A stretch of 32,000 bases of DNA from an uncultured Opitutales bacterium. Lineage in GTDB: Bacteria > Verrucomicrobiota > Verrucomicrobiia > Opitutales > Intestinicryptomonadaceae. The stretch covers positions 406,709 through 438,708 of the forward strand of contig CAKTSY010000002.1 of NCBI GenBank assembly GCA_934613415.1, written 5' to 3'. The notes below the pieces were generated by a model, which made no database searches, had not been told where the DNA came from, and saw only the letters and a program-made list of their open reading frames with translations. Shown piece after piece: positions 17,543 through 23,681 of this stretch (its first letter is position 1; each line of letters opens with the position of its first letter). Position numbers and translations under genes: made by a program.

Positions 17543-17580
17543 AAAAGGCAGATTCGCAACTTAGTGCAAATCTGCCTTTT
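17543..17580. terminator. Bidirectional terminator-like hairpin
   Basis: 12-bp perfect stem AAAAGGCAGATT (17543-17554) / AATCTGCCTTTT (17569-17580) with a 14-nt loop. The A and T runs form part of the stem ends. Confidence 0.6.
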
Positions 17581-17620
17581 ACGCTTAAAAACTGGCGGAG
17601 AGAACATTTGGCATAACACG

Positions 17621-17870
17621 CGTAGGTGTGATGAGTTGTGGGTGTTGGCGGATGGGTTGAAATGGAGTTGGCGTAAAAGCGTCTATCTTGCGAAAAATTT
17701 TGGGTCAAAAATTATGGTTGGTGTGATTTAACGCTTGGTGTTAAAATTCTCGGTCGGTTGTGGTAGATTGGGTAAATTTGGTGGAAGCAAGCCGTTCTGT
17801 TGTCTGCTTGGGAACGCGGGAGTAGTTATTCAGATTTGATTCGGTTGTTGGTGTTGAAGATACTTTGACG
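17621..17870 (+). other. About 250-nt non-coding stretch with extreme G+T skew on the plus strand (C/A-rich and G-poor on the minus strand)
   Basis: Read directly: cytosines are rare on the plus strand. GGTGTK-type words recur: GGTGTGAT at about 17625 and 17720, TTGGTGTT at about 17735 and 17848, GGTGTTGG at about 17641. Confidence 0.5.
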
Positions 17871-17934
17871 GGGGACGCTCTACACTAAACCCCTATTAGG
17901 TGGATGACATTTTTAGTGTCCACGATTTAACTCT

Positions 17935-18024
17935 AACTACCCCCCTTTTTTTCTCTCCATCTCTGGATAAAATCTCGTTCAACGTAAAATTCCATTTTCA
18001 TCAAATGATTGGGGGGGGGTAGTT
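17935..18024. repeat. Inverted repeat AACTA-C6 / G6-TAGTT, with the right arm embedded in a G9 homopolymer
   Basis: AACTACCCCCC (17935-17945) is followed by T7. The G9 run is at 18011-18019 and is followed by TAGTT (to 18024). The arms are about 68 nt apart. The repeat lies about 300 nt upstream of the serine recombinase start. Confidence 0.6.
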
Positions 18025-18319
18025 GTTGAATGGGAAGGAATGTTTGCATAATATTGTGCACTGCAATATATTGTAAATTTTGAGCGGCAAAAACGTCTCC
18101 ATATGGTCAACGATATTTTGGCAATGGAAGATTTTTGCATGGGGCTTCCTAGGCTTCTATGCATGAAAGAATCTTCATACATAAAGTCGATCTTTCTTGC
18201 GGCAATAAATCGCAGGCAAAGAAAAATATGTTCGCAAATTTTGGCGTGCGAGCCCGTAAAGCTTGTCGGCTCTCGCATAACCCGCTACGCGGTTCTCAGG
18301 CGTGTAAAAGGAGGTCGCG

Positions 18320-20269
18320 ATGGAAAATAAAAAAGTCCGCGCTGTCGGATACGCCAGAGTAAGCACGAAAAACCAGCTAGTCGGCAGGGAATTTAACAGC
18401 ATTGACACGCAAAAGGCGATTATCGTCTACTATGCCCAAACCCATTCCGAAATCGAGCTTGTGCAAATATTCAGCGATCCTGGGCGGTCGGGTAAAAATA
18501 TGAAACGCCCCGGAATGCAGGCGATGATTGAACGCATCAAACAGGGCGATATTGATTGCGTTCTGGCATACAAGCTTGACCGCGTCAGCCGCGACGGCTT
18601 GGACTACCTAACACTTGAAAGCGAACTCAGGGGGTTGAACGTCTCTATTATATATACGAACGATGCCAATCCCGACGACACCCCGATGGGGCACATTCAA
18701 CGCCATATGATGGTAGGCTTTGCTCAATTTGAGCGGGAACAGAACGCCCAACGCGTGTGCGACAAGCATCTGGAACTTTTGAAACAAGGATATCACGCGG
18801 GCGGCTATCCTCCGCTGGGGTATAACTGCGGAGAGAAAAAGTGCACGCTTGTAATCGACCCACCAGCGGCGGCTCACGTCCACGAAATGTTCGCCTTGTG
18901 TGTGAAAGGTAAAACACCTGCCGAAATCGCCGCCATTATGCTGAAAAAATACGGAACAGTTCCCGAACACAAAACGCGAAACGGCAGAATCTACGGCGGG
19001 AACAGATATTGCGAAAACTTCGTTCGTAGGGTTTTGACAAATCCCGTCTACGCGGGCTACGTAAGCCGAAAGAAAACCGAACTTTTCGAGGGACTCCACG
19101 AAGCCATCATAAGCAGAGCGGATTGGGAGACCGCCTGCAAAGTGTTGGCTCCGAAACCACAAAAGTTGCGACCGCAAATTATGGCGTGTAATTCGCACAT
19201 TCTGAAAGGCAAACTGTTTTGCGGATGCGGGGCGGCGATGACCTGCGGCGCGTCGGGCAAGCGGCACAAAGACGGCAGCCTTTACCATTACTACATTTGC
19301 TCCGCAAAAAATCGGGAGCGAACCGCCCGAATGTGCAAAACGGGCATTGCCAAAAGCGTGTTGGAGTCGGTCGTGTTTTCGGCAATCGGCTACGCGGTAA
19401 CGAGGGGAATTTCGTTGAAGGAGATTCGCGAAAGCTCGCAAAAATACGAGAGCGAACTACTCAAAGAGCAGAAAGAACTTGCCAATTTAAAGCGCGACAA
19501 AGAACGAAAATTGCGCGAAAAGGTAAAGCTTTTTGGTGAAGTTGTGGGGAACGAAGTTCTGCGCAAGATGATGGCTGACGAGCTGCAAAAGCTTTCCGAA
19601 GAGGTTGAAAAACTTGCCGCACGACTCTCCGAAATTGCCAAGGAGACGGAGCTATTCAACCACGATACCGACTTGGGCGATCTTCAAACAAAGGCGGCGC
19701 TTGCCGATATGGATTCCGTCCAAAACGAATTAACTGCGGAGGAGAAAAAGGCGTTGGCACGAGGCGCCATTGAAAAGCTGACGTTAGCAGCGAAGACACA
19801 GAGCAAATACAAGCGCAAATTTTCGCTAAAAATCGTTCCAACGCGGGAATACCTGCCCCAACTTGGGGTTCTTGACATCGACTTTGAGGTAGATACTGCA
19901 AAAGGCCGCAGCGACTGGAAGATTGTCGCTCCGTTTGAAATCGCTTCCGAAAACTACGAGCAAAACCACAAGCCGCGCGAATATAAGCCGCAAAAACGGC
20001 ATTGGCTGCATACGGTTTTTGCTTGGCAGGCTAAGATTGAAAGAGGCGCAACAATGGCGGAAATTGCCGAACTTTCGGGTGTGAGTGTTCCGATGGTTTG
20101 CCGAAAATTGAAGCTTTTGGAACGGCTAAACGCCAAAGTGATTGAGAAAATCCTTTCAAGCAAGCTTGCCGAAACCAACGAGAGATTGTCGTTTAGAACC
20201 ATGGAAATGTTGTCAAAGCTGCCCAAAAGCGGACAGTTGTTGCGGTTTGCTGAGTTAATTCAAAAGTAG
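18320..20269 (+). CDS. Large serine recombinase (phage-integrase type) with an extra C-terminal HTH region
   Basis: AAGGAGG SD 7 nt upstream of the start. N-terminal resolvase catalytic motif VGYARVSTKNQ. Recombinase domain (GYPPLGYNCGEK...). Zinc ribbon (FCGCGAAM...YHYYICSAKNRERTARMC). Long coiled coil (ELLKEQKELANLKRDKERKLREKV...). Then 90 further residues containing ATMAEIAELSGVSVPMVCRKLKLLERLNAKVIEKI. Confidence 0.9.
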   Translation: MENKKVRAVGYARVSTKNQLVGREFNSIDTQKAIIVYYAQTHSEIELVQIFSDPGRSGKNMKRPGMQAMIERIKQGDIDCVLAYKLDRVSRDGLDYLTLESELRGLNVSIIYTNDANPDDTPMGHIQRHMMVGFAQFEREQNAQRVCDKHLELLKQGYHAGGYPPLGYNCGEKKCTLVIDPPAAAHVHEMFALCVKGKTPAEIAAIMLKKYGTVPEHKTRNGRIYGGNRYCENFVRRVLTNPVYAGYVSRKKTELFEGLHEAIISRADWETACKVLAPKPQKLRPQIMACNSHILKGKLFCGCGAAMTCGASGKRHKDGSLYHYYICSAKNRERTARMCKTGIAKSVLESVVFSAIGYAVTRGISLKEIRESSQKYESELLKEQKELANLKRDKERKLREKVKLFGEVVGNEVLRKMMADELQKLSEEVEKLAARLSEIAKETELFNHDTDLGDLQTKAALADMDSVQNELTAEEKKALARGAIEKLTLAAKTQSKYKRKFSLKIVPTREYLPQLGVLDIDFEVDTAKGRSDWKIVAPFEIASENYEQNHKPREYKPQKRHWLHTVFAWQAKIERGATMAEIAELSGVSVPMVCRKLKLLERLNAKVIEKILSSKLAETNERLSFRTMEMLSKLPKSGQLLRFAELIQK

Positions 20270-20336
20270 ACTTTCGGGCGGCGGGGTATTCCCTGCCGCA
20301 TGTTTTCCCTTTTATTAGAGATATACTTTAATTTTT

Positions 20337-20422
20337 TGCGTATTTACGCATAATTTTAAATTAAAAGCTTGATTTATCCCTAACATTGCCGTTTATTTTC
20401 TAAGAAATTGCGTAAATACGCA
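20337..20422. promoter_or_regulatory. Two copies of a 14-bp palindrome TGCGTA-WW-TACGCA upstream of the ATPase gene
   Basis: TGCGTATTTACGCA at 20337-20350 and TGCGTAAATACGCA at 20409-20422. Centres are 72 bp apart. The second copy ends 20 nt before the ATG at 20443. Confidence 0.45.
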
Positions 20423-20442
20423 GAAATTTAAAGTAGATAAAA

Positions 20443-21699
20443 ATGAATATAGCGCGCCCCATATATCTTCAAAAGCTTATCGACCGCAAACAAAACGGAA
20501 TGATTAAGGTTATCACCGGAATGCGACGTTGTGGAAAATCTTTCCTTTTATTCTCCATTTTTCGCGAGCATTTAAAGCAAAGTGGCGTTGACGACGACCA
20601 CATAATAGCCGTTGACCTTGAAGACCGACGGAATAAGGATTTTCGCAATCCCGATACGCTTTTGGATTTCATCGACAAAAAGATGTCTAAAGATGGAGTC
20701 TATTATATATTGATAGACGAAGTCCAGATGGCGGGGGAATTTGAAGACGTTTTAAACAGTCTTTTGAAAAGACCGAATGCCGATGTTTATGTGACGGGCA
20801 GCAATGCGAAATTTCTTTCGAAAGACGTGATTACTGAATTTAGGGGGCGCGGCGACGAAGTGCGTATTCGCCCGTTGTCATTCGCCGAGTTTCGTTCCGC
20901 CAATCCGCAAGCGGACAGAACCGCCGCGCTGACGGAATACATGGCTTACGGCGGCTTGCCGCAAACGGTTTCGATGAAATCGCCGTCGCAGAAAGAAGAC
21001 TACTTGAAAGACTTGTTTTTGCACACCTACCTTGTGGATATAAAGGAGCGATACCGAATCAGAAACGATGAGGACTTGGAGGAATTGGTTCGAGTTGTCG
21101 CGTCGTCAATCGGCGGACTGACGAACACAACCAAGCTGCAAAACACGTTCAATTCGGAAAAGAAAAGTAAGATTTCAAACGCCACGATAAAGAATTATCT
21201 TGATATGTTGCAAGACGCCTTTCTTGTCGAAAAGTCTACACGCTACGACATAAAAGGGCGCAAGTATATCGGCACGCAATCGAAATATTTCTTCGAAGAC
21301 TTGGGTGTCCGCAACGCAGTAATAAACTTTCGACAGTCGGAGGAATCGTACCTAATGGAAAATATGATTTACAACGAATTGCGTATGCGCGGATATTCGG
21401 TCGATGTCGGGCAAGTCACCGTAAATATAAAAGATTCAAGCGGAACAAGCAAACGGAAGTATTTTGAGGTCGATTTTGTCTGCAATTCTGGCTTCAAACG
21501 CTACTACATTCAATCGGCACTGGAATTGTCCACGAAAGATAAAATCGAGCAGGAGTTGCGTTCTCTGCAAAATATAAACGACAGCTTCCAAAAAATGGTG
21601 ATTGTCGGCGGAATTGCTCCGACATACCAAAACGAAAACGGCATTATAATTATGAACGTTTTCGATTTTCTTTTGGGCGATTCAAAACTTTTTGGATAA
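20443..21699 (+). CDS. AAA-type ATPase of the AAA_14 / DUF4143 architecture
   Basis: Walker A: ITGMRRCGKSFLL. Walker B: YYILIDEVQ. The C-terminal part is typical of DUF4143-containing ATP-binding proteins (...FFEDLGVRNAV...EVDFV). Confidence 0.8.
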   Translation: MNIARPIYLQKLIDRKQNGMIKVITGMRRCGKSFLLFSIFREHLKQSGVDDDHIIAVDLEDRRNKDFRNPDTLLDFIDKKMSKDGVYYILIDEVQMAGEFEDVLNSLLKRPNADVYVTGSNAKFLSKDVITEFRGRGDEVRIRPLSFAEFRSANPQADRTAALTEYMAYGGLPQTVSMKSPSQKEDYLKDLFLHTYLVDIKERYRIRNDEDLEELVRVVASSIGGLTNTTKLQNTFNSEKKSKISNATIKNYLDMLQDAFLVEKSTRYDIKGRKYIGTQSKYFFEDLGVRNAVINFRQSEESYLMENMIYNELRMRGYSVDVGQVTVNIKDSSGTSKRKYFEVDFVCNSGFKRYYIQSALELSTKDKIEQELRSLQNINDSFQKMVIVGGIAPTYQNENGIIIMNVFDFLLGDSKLFG

Positions 21700-21710
21700 A
21701 TCTCATTGTT

Positions 21711-22589
21711 CTAATAGTTTGTAATTAAGACCTCAATAGATGCGCCTTTATTTAGGTTTTTGGAATGATAATTTGAATTTTTATAATTTGATTTCATATA
21801 ATGAACATTATATGGGCGTTCTGACAGCCAATCTTTTAATATACAATTGCATATTCCCTTGTGTTCAAGAATATTAGACAACGCAAACTTAATATTTGAA
21901 TTGTTCAATGAATCCAATATTCGCAAAAGATTGTATTCTTCTGCTTTGCCCCATCCCGTAAACCCACGTTTCCCATCGTTATATGTTCCAGATGTAATTA
22001 GATACGGCGGATCGCAATATACAAAATCGTTTTTAGACAAAGATGAAAAGTTAAATTCATCAAAATTATTACATGTGAAATAGATATTAGATGAATAAAG
22101 TTTATTTAAAAAAGACTTTAAATTTTTGCTCATTGCAGGATTGAATGAACTTCTTTCTTTGCCAAACGGAGTATTAAATTCATGTTTAGAATTAAATCGA
22201 ATTTGGTGATTAAACGAAAATGCCAAAAGAACAAACAAGTCCAATGGTGACTTTGTTCTGTTGTATTCGGACCTCAAAGCTTTAAACCCTAATTCATTTT
22301 TGTCCGAAAGTTCAAATTCAGAGATACGATTTTTTATATAGTCAAATATAGCTGGGATTTTACTATTTTTAAATTCATTATACAATGCAATTAAAAAAAT
22401 TAAATTATCATTGCATAATATTGTTTTGGCATCTACATTTATCGCCACGTTAGCTCCCCCGACAAATAAATCAACAAAAGTATCGATATTTTTGGGAAAC
22501 AATGGCAGTATTTGGGGTAACAGTTTGTATTTCCCTCCTATATAATTCAAGGGAGATTTTAAATAATCGCTTGCTGGAAATAGAAACAT
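21711..22589 (-). CDS. Dam-family (alpha-class, D12) DNA N6-adenine methyltransferase; orphan
   Basis: SPLNYIGGKYKLLPQI, FVDLFVGGANV (motif I), then FVYCDPPY (motif IV). I prefer the ATG at 22589, which has a GGTGG upstream; the ORF-track GTG at 22601 is an alternative. No endonuclease gene is adjacent. AT-rich (21/60 G+C at 22201-22260). Confidence 0.85.
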   Translation of the reverse strand: MFLFPASDYLKSPLNYIGGKYKLLPQILPLFPKNIDTFVDLFVGGANVAINVDAKTILCNDNLIFLIALYNEFKNSKIPAIFDYIKNRISEFELSDKNELGFKALRSEYNRTKSPLDLFVLLAFSFNHQIRFNSKHEFNTPFGKERSSFNPAMSKNLKSFLNKLYSSNIYFTCNNFDEFNFSSLSKNDFVYCDPPYLITSGTYNDGKRGFTGWGKAEEYNLLRILDSLNNSNIKFALSNILEHKGICNCILKDWLSERPYNVHYMKSNYKNSNYHSKNLNKGASIEVLITNY

Positions 22590-22717
22590 CGAAACACCCA
22601 CCTATTTACATCTATTTACGGTAGAAAAATTCAATAATTTCTCAAGACAAAATTACAAAAAACTATGTCTTTACCAAGGTACCATAACAAAATTCATAAT
22701 TGAAAGGCTTTCTTGAC

Positions 22718-22741
22718 AAAAAAAGCCCCGTATCGGGGACT
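22718..22741 (-). terminator. Terminator at the end of the phage-like late/lysis transcription unit
   Basis: GCCCCG (22725-22730) / CGGGG(A)C (22734-22740) with a 3-nt loop, followed on the minus strand by T7 (plus-strand A-run 22718-22724). Confidence 0.55.
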
Positions 22742-22746
22742 TTACA

Positions 22747-22953
22747 TTAAATCAGAATCTTCAGAACGGCGCAGAGGATGGCGATGAGGATGCCCACTTG
22801 CCAGACGGCAATTTTTTTGAAGGTTTCGATTTCGGTTTTGAGTTCGATTAGTTCAGCTTTCAGTCCCTTATGTCCGTTGCCGTAGACTGTGTGTTCGAGG
22901 GTTTCCAAGCGTTTTGTAATGTGCTCGATTTCCTTTTCAAAGACTTCGTTCAT
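22747..22953 (-). CDS. Small coiled-coil protein with a C-terminal TM anchor, XhlA-like lysis-associated protein
   Basis: I prefer the start MNEVFEKEIEHITKRLETLEHTV... (ATG at 22953), which overlaps the upstream stop by 4 nt (ATGA coupling). The C-terminus IAVWQVGILIAILCAVLKILI is a TM helix. Confidence 0.45.
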   Translation of the reverse strand: MNEVFEKEIEHITKRLETLEHTVYGNGHKGLKAELIELKTEIETFKKIAVWQVGILIAILCAVLKILI

Positions 22954-23417
22954 TTGCCGAGTGTAAACGCCTTTCTCGTTATGCCCGCACCTATGTAAGC
23001 GGAAATCAAGTTTGCCATAAGTTCTTTCCAAACATCAGCCAAGTAGAACCCGTTTATGTAGGCGACGGCGAACGACTCTTTTTCAGGGACAAGCCCCCAA
23101 AGCCAACCTCCCGATTGTTGGACGGTTTCAACGGCTATCGGAATGTCTCCGAAAAATGCGAAGATAAACGGGCATACCGCCAGCACGAAGAATGCCATAA
23201 AAAGCATAATGCGCCTGACGACAGCGCCCTTGTCTCCGCTTCTAACAAACGCCGAATCGTGAACCGCCGAGTCGGAAGACTGCTGTTTTTGCAGAGTGTC
23301 CAGAACCGCCGTAAACTTCTGGTTGTTCAATGCGGAAAGCTGCCCAAGCGTCGTGACGACCATTGTAGCCATCGCGCCCAGAACGCCGCTGTCCCATAAT
23401 GCCGATATTGTTCCCAT
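22950..23417 (-). CDS. Putative holin / multi-TM phage membrane protein
   Basis: I prefer the start MGTISALWDSGVLGAMATMVVTTLG (ATG at 23417), which has a GGGGGAGG SD. Hydrophobic helices include RRIMLFMAFFVLAVCPFIFAFF. Its position between the tail fibre and the XhlA-like gene fits this call. Confidence 0.45.
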   Translation of the reverse strand: MGTISALWDSGVLGAMATMVVTTLGQLSALNNQKFTAVLDTLQKQQSSDSAVHDSAFVRSGDKGAVVRRIMLFMAFFVLAVCPFIFAFFGDIPIAVETVQQSGGWLWGLVPEKESFAVAYINGFYLADVWKELMANLISAYIGAGITRKAFTLGK

Positions 23418-23419
23418 TT

Positions 23420-23680
23420 CTACGCCTCCCCCTGTGCCTTGCGGCGTTTGAGCTCTTCCGACTTCCACGATTTCAGGACATCGGCTTTCAATGCGGAATC
23501 GTTGGCGGGAAGCCCGTCGATATTTTTCGGAAGTGAGAAGGTCTGCGAGTGCATAATGTTTGAATCGCCGTCGAGCGCTTGGCAGATGTAGCGGTTGCCG
23601 CAAAAGCCCAAAACGCCGACAATTTGCGCGAAGTCGTTCGCGTCTTCGCCGAGAGTGATTTTTGTGATATATTTATCCAT
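23420..23680 (-). CDS. Hypothetical phage protein (86 aa)
   Basis: Tightly packed between the tail-fibre and holin-like genes (1-2 nt gaps). No family recognised. Confidence 0.5.
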   Translation of the reverse strand: MDKYITKITLGEDANDFAQIVGVLGFCGNRYICQALDGDSNIMHSQTFSLPKNIDGLPANDSALKADVLKSWKSEELKRRKAQGEA

Positions 23681-23681
23681 A

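Larger units (their letters stand above)
14236..17600. mobile_element. AT-rich defence islet (Zn-ribbon/HEPN-like gene plus RsrI/EcoRI-like R-M operon)
   Basis: Abrupt compositional drop. Hand counts: 14/60 G+C at 15001-15060 against 25/60 at 1141-1200 in the backbone. It is flanked by an integrase fragment on the left and a recombinase on the right. Boundaries are approximate. Confidence 0.5.

Noticed and set aside
17340-18330. ORFs in the 0.9-kb gap (17340-17708 minus, 17401-17616 plus, 17979-18278 minus, 18103-18330 plus, 18159-18362 plus).
   Set aside because: There are no SD or start contexts or recognisable domains. One overlaps the restored methyltransferase 3' end, others run through homopolymers and hairpins. 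I treat the region as non-coding.
18608-19441. 277-aa minus-strand ORF inside the recombinase gene, plus several shorter ones (18648-19901).
   Set aside because: They are antisense or alternative-frame shadows of a gene with unambiguous serine-recombinase motifs.
20351-20408. The 58-bp segment between the twin palindromes, considered as an invertible promoter flipped by the neighbouring serine recombinase.
   Set aside because: The segment is far shorter than known invertible DNA switches, so DNA looping would be prohibitive. The palindromes are symmetric apart from the central WW. Operator sites are the simpler reading.
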